Shown: in pieces, positions 1-9,790 of the stretch
How positions within the stretch are numbered: the first letter of the stretch is position 1
Layout of the letters: each line of letters opens with the position of its first letter
NCBI GenBank assembly: GCA_049968235.1
Contig: JBMFRC010000026.1
Location: forward strand, 1 to 40,050
Direction: 5' to 3'
Length of the DNA: 40,050 bases
Source of the DNA: Candidatus Hydrogenedens sp.
GTDB lineage: Bacteria; Hydrogenedentota; Hydrogenedentia; Hydrogenedentales; Hydrogenedentaceae
The notes under the pieces: model-generated
The model's database searches: none
Told to the model about the DNA's origin: nothing
Seen by the model: the letters and a program-made list of their open reading frames with translations, nothing else
Position numbers and translations under genes: made by a program

Positions 1-72
1 GTTAATAAAAATAGGGACTTCAACTTCTGTATTTGCTATTTTTACTTTTATTAAATCGTTTTTGTTATTCAT
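1..72 (-). CDS. Partial CDS running off the window edge. Only the N-terminus is present, and it may be a ZapA-like N-terminus.
   Basis: The reverse complement of 1-72 reads ATG..MNNKNDLIKVKIANTEVEVPIFIN with no stop. The V-x-I-x-x-x-x-V-x-V pattern resembles the conserved ZapA N-terminal strand motif. The gene lies downstream of pheT, as zapA does in Firmicutes-like arrangements. The fragment is very short. Confidence 0.25.
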   Translation of the reverse strand, partial: MNNKNDLIKVKIANTEVEVPIFIN

Positions 73-382
73 TTAAGAACTCAATTTCTAAACTCTTAAC
101 GATTTCTTCTATTTTATCTAATCTTTCAATAATTTCTTTGGTAGATTCAAGCAATATTTTATTCTTTTCTTTACTTTTTTCTAACTGTTGCAGATTTGAT
201 TGCATTAAAGTAATTTCAGATTTGGCAGACCATAATTTTTTCAGGACATCATTATATTTTTCTTCTAAACTGTCATAAGTATCTATAAATGAATCAATTA
301 CGACTTCTAATTTGTTACAGAATTGGTCAAATTCATGAATCGTTTCTTCCAATCCCATATAATTACCTAATCTTGGCACCAA
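65..382 (-). CDS. Hypothetical coiled-coil protein of 105 aa. It may be a cell-division-associated ZapB-like factor. It is not a canonical ZapA.
   Basis: The ORF is rich in E/K/L heptad-like repeats (LEEKYNDVLKKL...LQQLEKSKEKNKILLESTKEIIERLDKIEEIVKSLE). It overlaps the pheT stop and the next ORF start, which suggests translational coupling. Confidence 0.45.
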   Translation of the reverse strand: MVPRLGNYMGLEETIHEFDQFCNKLEVVIDSFIDTYDSLEEKYNDVLKKLWSAKSEITLMQSNLQQLEKSKEKNKILLESTKEIIERLDKIEEIVKSLEIEFLNE

Positions 383-2756
383 ATTTCTTTTGGAGAGTAT
401 TTATTATCTCATTCATTACTGAGTCAATTTCAGCATCTGTAAGTGTTCTCTCATTAGAGCAGAAAGTAAAACCTAATGCAATACTTTTTTTATCATGAGG
501 GACTTGTTCTCCTGTATAAACATCAAACAATTCTATTTTTTGTAGTATCCCCTCCCCTATTGATTTTAATGAAGAGAAAATATCCATTACAGGAAGTGTT
601 CTATTTACAAGAATTGCTAAATCTCGCGAAGTAGAAGGGAATTCAGATATTGTTTTATAGCTCTTTTTCTTTGTTGAAATACATAGCATTTTGTTTAGAT
701 TCAGTTCACTGATATATGTATTTTCATTTATTTCTAATTCATGAGCAATTTTAGGATTGATTTTTCCTAAAATTCCTAATTCCTCATTCTGGTTTGTGAT
801 TTTCATAGATTGACCAGGATGGAAGATCGGAAAATCTAATTTTTCTACTCTGTAAGGTATAAAAAATTCATTTAAGATGTCTTCAACGATACCTTTCAAA
901 TCAAAGAAATCAAATTGCCTTCTGTCATTATAACACCATAATCGAGGATTTGCAGAACCCGACAATAAAATTCCTAACTTTTGAGGTTCATCAGGCAATA
1001 TGTTTTCATCTATTGGTATAAAAACAGGTCCCATTTCAAAAATAGCAATTTTATCTTCCAGATGATTTTTTTGCACAGTTGTCAGGAGGTCAGGGATAAT
1101 GGATGTTCTCATCGTTGACAAATTTTTTGATAAAGGATTTTGTAAAATTACCATATTTAGGTAATTTTCGGGGAAGTTTAATTGTTGCATAATTTCTGTA
1201 TTGGAGAATGTCCATGAGTAACATTCCGTCAGCCCTTTATGAACAAGTAGTGTTCTGATGTCATTTATTTTTTTAAATGCTGTGTCAAAAATTGCGACTG
1301 ATTGTCTAATTTTAGGAAGGGTATTTGGAATTTTATCATAGCCGTAAAACCGGGCTATTTCTTCAATTATATCTTCTTCCAGGGATACATCGTGTCTCCA
1401 TGATGGGATAATAAAATTGACTTCTTTTTCATTTTCCTGCTTAATGGAAAAGCCTAATTTAACCATTATTGATTTCTGGAAGTTTTTATCAATATCTATA
1501 CCTATTCTTTTTTTAGTTCTTTCATATCTTAGTTTTACACTTTTTTTCTGGATTTTATTAGGATATTCGTCCAATATGCCTTTTAATACTTCACCTCCTG
1601 CTAATTCCTGTATTAGGGAGGTTGCTCTTTCAATAGCCCATGTTACCATTTCAGGGTCGGCACCTCTCTGGAAATGTTGAGCTGCTTCTGTAATGAGGTT
1701 ATGGGAACGGGCGGTTCTACGAATAGATACCGGATCAAAATAAGCACTTTCTAAAAACACATTTACAGTATTATCATCTACTTCGCTATCTGCTCCACCC
1801 ATAATACCTGCTAAGGCTTGTGGTTTTATAGCATCCGCTATAACCATCTGACTTTCATTTAAGGTTCTGAGTTCTCCGTCTAAAGTTTTAATTTGTTCTC
1901 CTTGTTTAGCTAAACGGACAATAATTCTATTTTCATTTAATTTGTTAAAATCAAAAGCATGTAGAGGATGTCCTGTTTCGAGTAGAACAAAGTTTGTAAT
2001 ATCCACAATATTATTGATAGGTCTTTGCCCGGCGCTAAGTAATTTTCGAGCCAGCCAGTCTGGGGAGGGTGCTATTTTTACATTTTGTATAACTCTTCCC
2101 GCATATCTCGGGCAGTAATTGGGGCAATCAATCGTAACACTGGATACAGAAGAAGCAGGTTTCTCTATTTCAGAAAATTTTATTTTGGGAAGAGTTATAG
2201 GAATGCCGTAATAGGCTGATAATTCGCGTGCAAGACCAATGTAACTTGCCCAGTCTCCCCTATTTGGAGTAATTTCAATTTCAAAAATAACATCATCTAA
2301 ACCTAATACTTTTCTTATATCTTCTCCGATAGGTGTTTCAGGGTGTAAAATGAGCAATCCTTCGGAGTCTTCTTCTACTTTTAATTCGGCTCCGGAACAC
2401 ATCATTCCAAAGGATTCAATTCCTCTCATTTTTCTCCTTGTTATCTTAAACCCTCCGGGAAGTATAGCCCCATCTATAGCAGTTGGAACTTTATCCCCAA
2501 CTTTCATGTTTTTTGCACCACATATTATTTGTAAAGGTTCTCCTTTTCCAATATCGGTTTTACATACGACAAGTTTATCTGCCTGCGGATGCGGTTGTAT
2601 ATCAAGAATTTTTCCTACAAATACATTTTCAATTTCTTTGCCGGGTTCTTCTATAGATTCTATTTCGAGTCCCAACATTGTCATTCGTTCAGCCAATTCA
2701 TTAACGTTTATTGAAAAATTACAATATTCTTTTAACCAGTTTAATGAAATTTTCAT
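363..2756 (-). CDS. pheT: Phenylalanine--tRNA ligase beta subunit
   Basis: 797 aa. The N-terminus MKISLNWLKEY is classic for PheT. The length fits, and the gene sits immediately downstream of pheS. Confidence 0.95.
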   Translation of the reverse strand: MKISLNWLKEYCNFSINVNELAERMTMLGLEIESIEEPGKEIENVFVGKILDIQPHPQADKLVVCKTDIGKGEPLQIICGAKNMKVGDKVPTAIDGAILPGGFKITRRKMRGIESFGMMCSGAELKVEEDSEGLLILHPETPIGEDIRKVLGLDDVIFEIEITPNRGDWASYIGLARELSAYYGIPITLPKIKFSEIEKPASSVSSVTIDCPNYCPRYAGRVIQNVKIAPSPDWLARKLLSAGQRPINNIVDITNFVLLETGHPLHAFDFNKLNENRIIVRLAKQGEQIKTLDGELRTLNESQMVIADAIKPQALAGIMGGADSEVDDNTVNVFLESAYFDPVSIRRTARSHNLITEAAQHFQRGADPEMVTWAIERATSLIQELAGGEVLKGILDEYPNKIQKKSVKLRYERTKKRIGIDIDKNFQKSIMVKLGFSIKQENEKEVNFIIPSWRHDVSLEEDIIEEIARFYGYDKIPNTLPKIRQSVAIFDTAFKKINDIRTLLVHKGLTECYSWTFSNTEIMQQLNFPENYLNMVILQNPLSKNLSTMRTSIIPDLLTTVQKNHLEDKIAIFEMGPVFIPIDENILPDEPQKLGILLSGSANPRLWCYNDRRQFDFFDLKGIVEDILNEFFIPYRVEKLDFPIFHPGQSMKITNQNEELGILGKINPKIAHELEINENTYISELNLNKMLCISTKKKSYKTISEFPSTSRDLAILVNRTLPVMDIFSSLKSIGEGILQKIELFDVYTGEQVPHDKKSIALGFTFCSNERTLTDAEIDSVMNEIINTLQKKFGAKIR

Positions 2757-2757
2757 A

Positions 2758-3774
2758 TTAGAACTGCTCCAAAAACTTTAAGTTATTATCAAACAATAAG
2801 TTTATTGAAGGGATAGCAAACTTTAGCATAGCCATTCGGTCTATACCAAAGCCAAAAGCATATCCCTGATACTTTTCATTATCATAACCTGCATAATGGA
2901 AAACTTTGGGATGAACCATTCCACAGCCTAAAATTTCGAGCCAACCGCTATGTTTGCATACACGGCAACCTTTTCCTTTACAAACGGTACATGATATATC
3001 CATCTCTGCGGAAGGTTCTGTAAAGGGGAAATAATGGGGGCGAAAACGAACAGAGGTATCTTCTCCAAAAAATTTATGGACAAAATACATCAAAGTTCCT
3101 TTTAAATCTGCAAATGTAATGTCTTCGTCAACTAATAATCCTTCCATTTGATTAAACATAGGGCTATGACTTGCATCATTATCAACACGATATACTCTTC
3201 CTGGTACAATTACTGCCACAGGGGGGGGCGTTTTTTCCATAACTCTCATTTGAACAGGAGAAGTATGGGTTCTTAATACTACTCCAGGTTTGATATAGAA
3301 TGTATCATGGGTGTCACGAGCAGGATGGTCTTCGGGAGTATTTAAACTTTCAAAATTATAATACTCTGTTTCCACTTCGGGCCCGCTGGCGACTTGAAAT
3401 CCCATTTGTATGAATATACCTGTAATTTCATTCATAACTTGATTAATAACATGCATGTGTCCATTGCCTTGTGTTCTCCCAGGCAATGTTATATCTATCT
3501 GTTCCTGTTCTATTTTCTTTTGTAATTCTTTTTCTAAAACAATTTGGTATTGCTTTTGTATATTATTGGTTATTATTTCTTTTATTTCATTAGCAATACT
3601 TCCAATTTTAGGTCTTTCTTCAGGAAGTAAAGAACCTAATTTCTTTAATACTTCTGTAATTTTGCCCTTTTTCCCTAAAAATTCGACTCGTATTTGTTCT
3701 AAAATATCGGTAGATTCTGCTTCTTTAATTTTTTGTAAAGCGAATTCTTTTATTTGTTCTAAGTCTTTTATCAT
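2758..3774 (-). CDS. pheS: Phenylalanine--tRNA ligase alpha subunit
   Basis: 338 aa with class II aaRS motifs (FRPHYFPFTEPSAE, GFGIDRMAML). It is adjacent to pheT. Confidence 0.95.
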   Translation of the reverse strand: MIKDLEQIKEFALQKIKEAESTDILEQIRVEFLGKKGKITEVLKKLGSLLPEERPKIGSIANEIKEIITNNIQKQYQIVLEKELQKKIEQEQIDITLPGRTQGNGHMHVINQVMNEITGIFIQMGFQVASGPEVETEYYNFESLNTPEDHPARDTHDTFYIKPGVVLRTHTSPVQMRVMEKTPPPVAVIVPGRVYRVDNDASHSPMFNQMEGLLVDEDITFADLKGTLMYFVHKFFGEDTSVRFRPHYFPFTEPSAEMDISCTVCKGKGCRVCKHSGWLEILGCGMVHPKVFHYAGYDNEKYQGYAFGFGIDRMAMLKFAIPSINLLFDNNLKFLEQF

Positions 3775-3794
3775 GTATTTATTCCTATAACAAG

Positions 3795-4487
3795 TTATTT
3801 GTTATAACTTATACTTCCAAAAATTGCTCTACCTAAACGAATTTCTGTAGCACCTTCTTCAATGGCGATTTCATAATCATCTGACATACCCATTGAGAGT
3901 GTCTTCAATTTGTATTTTTCTGCAATATTTCTTAATGTGCTAAAAATCTGTCTTAATGTTTTTTCACTTGCATTTATGGGGGCAATAGTCATTAGACCTC
4001 GTATATATAATTTATCAAAAATTTGGATTTTTTCATAAATTTTTTCAAATTCTGTATGTGAAAAGCCGTGCTTTGTTTTTTCTCCAGAGATATTGAGTTG
4101 GACAAGAATGGGTATTTTTTCTGTATTTACCTCACCTGCTCTTTTTTGAATCGTTTCTGCAACCTCCACTCTATCCACAGAATCAATAAATTTACAATTT
4201 TGAAGAATGAGGGGAATTTTTCTTCTTTGTATTGTTCCTATCATGTGCCATTGTGTATCTTCAGGAGAATTTTTCATTTTTTCTATAGCAAATTCAATTC
4301 TGTTTTCACCAAAATGTCTTATTCCTAAATCATATGCCATTTGCACATCTTCAACAGTTGCTGTTTTAGTAACCGCAACTATTGTTATTTCTTGTTCCGC
4401 AATGCAACTTTTTTTTCGTGCATTCTCTATTTTTTTTCTTATAATTTCCAGATTTCTTTTGATATTTTCATTATTAGTTTTCGTCAT
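3795..4487 (-). CDS. yggS: YggS-family PLP homeostasis protein (alanine-racemase-fold PLP-binding protein)
   Basis: 230 aa. The motif VAVTKTATVEDVQMAYDLGIRHFGENR is typical of the YggS/PROSC family. Confidence 0.85.
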   Translation of the reverse strand: MTKTNNENIKRNLEIIRKKIENARKKSCIAEQEITIVAVTKTATVEDVQMAYDLGIRHFGENRIEFAIEKMKNSPEDTQWHMIGTIQRRKIPLILQNCKFIDSVDRVEVAETIQKRAGEVNTEKIPILVQLNISGEKTKHGFSHTEFEKIYEKIQIFDKLYIRGLMTIAPINASEKTLRQIFSTLRNIAEKYKLKTLSMGMSDDYEIAIEEGATEIRLGRAIFGSISYNK

Positions 4488-4499
4488 ATTTTATAGATA

Positions 4500-5936
4500 T
4501 TAATTCGAACTGGGAATTTCTTCGGGCATTCCCTGACAACGGTCCCCTTCTGTTTTTCTAATGACTGCTTTTTTCTCTGAAACCGTCAAGGGTAAGTTTG
4601 CTTCTTGTTTAATCTTTATGATTAAGTCTGATGCTTCATCAAAATTACTGGGACTTTCCCATCTTGCTTTATCTAGTACAGCGATAGATTCTAAGAAGCG
4701 TTTTTGATTATACAAATCCATTGCTTCCATTAATAATAGGCGATAATCCCCATAAGGGTCGTTTTCTTCTTTACTTAGTTTTTCCCAGATTTCCTTTGCC
4801 TGTCTTTTCAAATTGTCTGCTTCTTTTATTTTTTCTTCTTTTATTTGTTCATCACTGATTTTTTCTGCTTCGTTTATTAATTCCTGTGCTTTTTCTTCAT
4901 ATATTTTCCCTTGATTTCTTAATATAAAGCGAGGTGCTACGGGATTGTCCGGGAATTTATTTTTATAGTCTTCCCATCCTTGTAAGGCTTCTTCATATTG
5001 TCCATTCAATTCTTGACAAATATATAATTGTCTTCTCACCCATCGCTCATGAGGGACACGAACTGCTTCAGTTAAATATCGGACTGCATTAGGGTAATCG
5101 TTCATTTTATTTTTATAAATAGCAAAACCGAGGTCAAAATACAATTTGTAGTCTCTGGGATTGTGTCGAATACCCTTTTTCAGAAAATCAATGGCTAAGT
5201 AGTAGAAAGTTTCTTTTTCTCCTACACATGCTTTATATTTGGGGTTCCATTTTTTTAGGTGTTGAGGTGTATCAATAAGTTTGGCAGTAGCGTTATAAGC
5301 AAGGTGCCATGCCCCTATAAGATACGCTTCAACAAAATTAGGGTCTAATGTTACACAGGTTCTCATCAGGGGAACCATACGATATAACAATCCTTGATGC
5401 CAATATCGGTCTACCTCAAGCCATATCAAACTTGCTGCGATTTTTCTGAAACCAAAGAATAAATTGAAGATATTAACTCCACTTTCCTGTGCTTCTGCAT
5501 AGCTTATATTTCTATTAAATTCAATTTTCCCTTCTCTGAGATATTTTAAGAATTCTTTTCTCAATTCTTTCATTTCTTTGTTTGTTGTTATTTTCCATAT
5601 TATTGGATCATTAGAGATTTCACCTATTACATTTGTAAAATTTTCACGATAGGATAGTGTATTATCTATGGAATCCTTAACGATTTCTTCGTTCTGAAGT
5701 ATTGGAACGGCTTTCTCGGATACTTTATCAAAAAGTTGTAAATCCACAAATTTGTTTGTTTTTTGTTCGCCTTCTGAACTTTGAAATAATCTTTCTTGTG
5801 TTCCTACTGCAAGTATCCATCTATAGAAAGCCTCACACTCTCTATAAAACTCAACACGCCTTCCTTGATAAGCACCTAAAATTACAAATGTTATAAAGAG
5901 CAACGATAATATTATATTTACTTTTTTATCTGTCAT
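4500..5936 (-). CDS. Hypothetical signal-anchored protein with TPR-like helical repeats. It is probably an accessory component of the upstream ABC-2 transporter.
   Basis: The ORF track extends to 6017, but that would overlap the permease by 68 nt. The internal Met (MTDKKVNIILSLLFITFVILGA) looks like a signal anchor and gives only a 14-nt overlap. The protein is rich in W/Y helical repeats (AYLIGAWHLAYNAT..., YYLAIDFLKKGIRHNPRDYKLYFDLGFAIY). I do not recognise the family. Confidence 0.55.
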   Translation of the reverse strand: MTDKKVNIILSLLFITFVILGAYQGRRVEFYRECEAFYRWILAVGTQERLFQSSEGEQKTNKFVDLQLFDKVSEKAVPILQNEEIVKDSIDNTLSYRENFTNVIGEISNDPIIWKITTNKEMKELRKEFLKYLREGKIEFNRNISYAEAQESGVNIFNLFFGFRKIAASLIWLEVDRYWHQGLLYRMVPLMRTCVTLDPNFVEAYLIGAWHLAYNATAKLIDTPQHLKKWNPKYKACVGEKETFYYLAIDFLKKGIRHNPRDYKLYFDLGFAIYKNKMNDYPNAVRYLTEAVRVPHERWVRRQLYICQELNGQYEEALQGWEDYKNKFPDNPVAPRFILRNQGKIYEEKAQELINEAEKISDEQIKEEKIKEADNLKRQAKEIWEKLSKEENDPYGDYRLLLMEAMDLYNQKRFLESIAVLDKARWESPSNFDEASDLIIKIKQEANLPLTVSEKKAVIRKTEGDRCQGMPEEIPSSN

Positions 5937-5949
5937 AATTTTATGTTCT

Positions 5950-6792
5950 CTATACTTCTCTTTTTCTGAAAACCCAATAGGCAAGGATATACCCACAAAC
6001 AGCATAAATAAGTCCATACAAAACTAATTGAGGAATTAAGACATCTGTAGGTGGGTCATTGGGTTGTGAATTTATAATTTGCGTTTTTATACTAAATCTC
6101 TGCAAATTGGGTAGGATATTCCATAAAATATAAGCGATATAACCGATAAGAGAATCGAGCCATTCGCCTGTTTGTCCAGAACGGTTGTAAACATCTTTTA
6201 GATATTCGGTAAGACTACCTGTAATGTAAATGAAAAGGCCTGCAATCGTGGGTAAAACGGAGGAACTAGATGCACATGCTATCGCAAAGGTCAGTGCGGA
6301 AACAATCAAAAATTCGAAGTAGGTTAAGAAAATGGACCATAAAAGTAAAGTGGGTAGAATTTGTTGTTTTATATATAAGGCAATAAAAAAAAGTCCACCC
6401 ATCAGACAAAGGTTCATTATAATAATCAATTGCACACCTAAAAATTTACCGAAAAGGTATTGGAAGCGGCGAACAGGTTTTGATAAAACAGTATATATAA
6501 CACGATTCTCTACTTCAGTTGGGACCACCGATGCTGAAATAAAAATAGTTATTAAAATACCAAATATTGAAATTGTGGTAACGCAAATATCTTTTATCAA
6601 TTTTAAATCCATATCGGTTGTAACATCACCTACAGTTGCCTGATTGATAAATGATGTCATAAATATAGAACCGAAAATAACAAGAAGGCTCAGAATAAGA
6701 AAGCCAACCAGTGTTTTCCTTCTTAAACCTTCTCTCCATGTATATATAGCAATAAACCAGGGACCTTTAATAGAATCGAGGAAACTTTTCAT
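5950..6792 (-). CDS. ABC-2 type transporter permease
   Basis: 280 aa polytopic membrane protein with about six hydrophobic segments. It is directly downstream of, and abutting, an ABC ATPase. This architecture is typical of ABC-2 exporters. Confidence 0.7.
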   Translation of the reverse strand: MKSFLDSIKGPWFIAIYTWREGLRRKTLVGFLILSLLVIFGSIFMTSFINQATVGDVTTDMDLKLIKDICVTTISIFGILITIFISASVVPTEVENRVIYTVLSKPVRRFQYLFGKFLGVQLIIIMNLCLMGGLFFIALYIKQQILPTLLLWSIFLTYFEFLIVSALTFAIACASSSSVLPTIAGLFIYITGSLTEYLKDVYNRSGQTGEWLDSLIGYIAYILWNILPNLQRFSIKTQIINSQPNDPPTDVLIPQLVLYGLIYAVCGYILAYWVFRKREV

Positions 6793-6793
6793 T

Positions 6794-7750
6794 TTATAAA
6801 CTCCGTTCTTTTTTGGCTAAATCGATAACATTTACAAATAATTCTTCCAATGTTTCCCGTCGAGGCGTTATTTTTATTAATTGCAAACCGATAGATTTTC
6901 CTAATTCAATGGCATTATATAATTCTTCATCGTTTTTAACTTTTATGTATATTTTGTCATTAACCTGGTCAACTACCTCTCCTCCTTTATCTTTTATCTC
7001 TTGAATTGTCCCATTTTTAGCATTGGCAAATTCTATAATTCTATCCTTTGAAGTAAGCAATTCATCTAAAGTTCCCGACACACGAAGAATGCCTTCATAT
7101 AGAATTCCCACGCGATTGGAAATCATTTCTACTTCTAAAAGTTCATGACTTGAAATAAATAAGGTTTTACCTTCATCTCGTAATTGGGATAAAATATCTC
7201 TTATTTCTTTTCTGGCAATAGGGTCAAGTCCTGTAGTAGGTTCGTCTAATATTAAAATTTGAGGGTCACTGATAAGTGCCTGAGCAAGGCCTATTCTTTG
7301 TCTCATACCTTTGGAATAGCCTTTAAGCATTCTTCGACGTGCATGTGTCATACTAACAAGTTCTAATACTTCGTCTATTCGTTTACTTAACTCTTTTCCT
7401 GTTAGTCCGTAAAGTTGCCCATAAAATCGTAGTATTTCTTCCCCTTTTAAGAAATCTGGATAGTAGGAACCTTCGGGTAGATAACCGATGTTCTTTTTAA
7501 CATAAGCGGAATAAATATCCGTTGTGCCCATGATTCGAATTGAACCTGAAGTTGGGAAGATTAAACCTAACAATAGTTTAATTGTTGTAGTTTTTCCAGA
7601 ACCATTGGGACCAAGATAACCGAATATTTCTGATGGGAAAACTTCTAAATTGAGGTTTTTTAATGCAGATACCTGTTCACCTCTGAATCCCGTATCATAT
7701 ATCTTTGTTAAATTTTCTGTTTTAATTACCGGGTCATGATTATTGCTCAT
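6794..7750 (-). CDS. ABC transporter ATP-binding protein (ABC-2 family, with a C-terminal DUF4162-like extension)
   Basis: Walker A GPNGSGKTT, signature YSKGMRQRIGLAQAL and Walker B ILILDEPTTGLD are all present. There is a C-terminal extension of about 90 aa. Confidence 0.9.
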   Translation of the reverse strand: MSNNHDPVIKTENLTKIYDTGFRGEQVSALKNLNLEVFPSEIFGYLGPNGSGKTTTIKLLLGLIFPTSGSIRIMGTTDIYSAYVKKNIGYLPEGSYYPDFLKGEEILRFYGQLYGLTGKELSKRIDEVLELVSMTHARRRMLKGYSKGMRQRIGLAQALISDPQILILDEPTTGLDPIARKEIRDILSQLRDEGKTLFISSHELLEVEMISNRVGILYEGILRVSGTLDELLTSKDRIIEFANAKNGTIQEIKDKGGEVVDQVNDKIYIKVKNDEELYNAIELGKSIGLQLIKITPRRETLEELFVNVIDLAKKERSL

Positions 7751-7908
7751 ATGAAATAAGAACCCTTTATTTTTTGTACAGATTTCAAATAAATGCGAAT
7801 GTTTATGGCATGTATTTATGATACTCTAAATAATATTGTCTTTTCAAAAAGTATGAATTTATTATATTTCTGATGAAATTTTAAGTTAAATAAGATAATC
7901 TCAATGTT

Positions 7909-8868
7909 CTACTTATTTATAACTTTGATAATTTCGGTTGTGTCTGGCAGGTCATAATCCCAATATTTAATAACTTTACCCTCTTTAAGATATACCAATC
8001 TTGGAGGTTCTTTTCCTATAAGACTGAGGAAAAGTCTTACTCTATTACCAATAGAATACATAGGAAATAATGGCTGGACTTTGTTTATAAATTCTTCTTT
8101 TTCTTCGGGTGATTCTTCAAGACATAGTGCAATAATTTTAGGTATGCCCTTTATTAACATGTAATCATTTATTTTTGGGGATTCTTCTATACAGTGGTCA
8201 CAACCATAACTTAGAAGGGCTATTAAATATTCACCTTGTCCTAAATCATATACATTTCCATCAATTTCTACCTTCATTTCTGAGTAAGGGCTTCTATTAT
8301 TATCTTCCATATTTTTTTCAACAATCTGTTCTGATTGTAATTGTTGATAACAGAGAAATAGAGTTAAAATAACTGTGATTATTAGAGGAATGTAGAACTT
8401 TATATATGTTTTCTTTTCTTTTTGTTTTTCCTCTATTGGGTTTACTCCGGAAAAACATGCTATAGAAATAAGAATAAGTATTAAGTTTTTAATTATGGAC
8501 TCTCGTGGACCCATTTCAATTTTACCAAAGCATCCACAATCTTGAAGATTATTAAATATCCATGCGTATAAAATTAAGGAAGTAAAAGTAAGAAGAAGTA
8601 ATGTGTTTACTGTCATTGTGAGTCTTTTTAACGGGAAAGAGAGAAGAAATAATAGACCTAATGAAATTTCAATCGAAATTGTTATTGTTGCAATCCAGGG
8701 AAGAATTTCTTTTTGTGATATAACACCGTAGGCATAAATCTGGACACAAAAACGATTGATTTCAAGTATTTTTAATATTGCACTTGTCAGGAAAATCAAA
8801 CCAAGAGCAATTTCGAATCCACGAAGAATCTTTAATTTATATGTATAAGACCTTAAAAAAAATAACAT
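7909..8868 (-). CDS. Membrane protein with an N-terminal MauE/DoxX-like domain fused to a C-terminal thioredoxin-like domain (putative thiol-disulfide oxidoreductase)
   Basis: Multiple TM helices. The CGCFG motif is characteristic of the MauE/methylamine-utilisation family. The C-terminal soluble domain carries a CxxC motif (YGCDHC) in a TlpA/thioredoxin-like context. Confidence 0.6.
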   Translation of the reverse strand: MLFFLRSYTYKLKILRGFEIALGLIFLTSAILKILEINRFCVQIYAYGVISQKEILPWIATITISIEISLGLLFLLSFPLKRLTMTVNTLLLLTFTSLILYAWIFNNLQDCGCFGKIEMGPRESIIKNLILILISIACFSGVNPIEEKQKEKKTYIKFYIPLIITVILTLFLCYQQLQSEQIVEKNMEDNNRSPYSEMKVEIDGNVYDLGQGEYLIALLSYGCDHCIEESPKINDYMLIKGIPKIIALCLEESPEEKEEFINKVQPLFPMYSIGNRVRLFLSLIGKEPPRLVYLKEGKVIKYWDYDLPDTTEIIKVINK

Positions 8869-8910
8869 TATATTCTCATTCTGTTTATAATGTATAACAA
8901 TGACGAAACA

Positions 8911-9789
8911 TTATAAATTCTTTGGGAGTGGTTCTTTATTGATTTTCTCTGTTTCCCCTTCTTTTTCTGGGGCAGTGGACAAATACTGGTATAAGGTATC
9001 TCCGAGTCCAAACCCGACATAAGCAAGCATGATAGGAAACAGGACAATTGCTACTGAGGTAGTCATTGCATAGTGGATTATGGCTATAACGAATGCGGTA
9101 ATTGCGAGTGTAAGAAAGGCAGGTTTTGGAGCAAAAATAAAATATTTTAATCGGTCTTTGGGGTATTTTACCGCACTAACCATAAGTAAAGCCAAGATAA
9201 CAGCCATAGGTCCCAATGCATAATAAGCGAAAGGGCCTAATTTATGAAGTTCTAAACGAGGTTCAAAATAGTTTAAAAATAGGACAAAAGCGGATAGAGT
9301 ACCACCCGCAGCCGGAGATGGAAGACCTCTAAAAGAATCGCGTTTTTCTGTTTCAAATGTATTAAACCTTGCTAATCTTAGTGCGGCACAAATTACATAT
9401 ATAATTGCCATATATGAGCCTGTTTTCCCTATGATTGATTCAGTTCTTGGAGAGATAGGAAGATGTAAACCCTCTGGAAGATATGCCATGAAGACAAGAA
9501 TACCGGGGGCAACTCCAAAGGTTACAAGGTCACTCAAACTATCGTATTGTTTCCCGAATTCAGAAACACTGTTTGTCATTTTTGCTATTGTTCCGTCCAG
9601 GGAATCAAAAATAATTGCCAGTAATATAAAATATGCTGCTTTGTCAAATTCAGAACCTATACTTGCAAAAATACTTGCTATTCCTAAATAAAGGCTGATA
9701 GTAGTAAATAAACTTGCTAAAACATTAATAGGATTGCGTCTTTTTATTTTCACTTCTATTTTTTTCTTTCTTCTTTTCTCTGTTTTCAT
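8911..9789 (-). CDS. pssA: CDP-diacylglycerol--serine O-phosphatidyltransferase (phosphatidylserine synthase, CDP-alcohol phosphatidyltransferase family)
   Basis: The CDP-OH phosphotransferase motif DSLDGTIAKMTNSVSEFGKQYDSLSD is present. The protein is polytopic. It is immediately upstream of psd. Confidence 0.8.
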   Translation of the reverse strand: MKTEKRRKKKIEVKIKRRNPINVLASLFTTISLYLGIASIFASIGSEFDKAAYFILLAIIFDSLDGTIAKMTNSVSEFGKQYDSLSDLVTFGVAPGILVFMAYLPEGLHLPISPRTESIIGKTGSYMAIIYVICAALRLARFNTFETEKRDSFRGLPSPAAGGTLSAFVLFLNYFEPRLELHKLGPFAYYALGPMAVILALLMVSAVKYPKDRLKYFIFAPKPAFLTLAITAFVIAIIHYAMTTSVAIVLFPIMLAYVGFGLGDTLYQYLSTAPEKEGETEKINKEPLPKNL

Positions 9790-9790
9790 T

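Noticed and set aside
33-278. 81-aa plus-strand ORF at the left edge
   Set aside because: It overlaps the better-supported minus-strand coiled-coil gene and the partial ZapA-like ORF. It is low-complexity (L/S/F-rich) with no RBS. I treat it as spurious.
3224-3234. Run of eight G in pheS
   Set aside because: It encodes the PPP of a conserved PPPVAVIVPG segment in frame, so there is no frameshift. The homopolymer is probably genuine.
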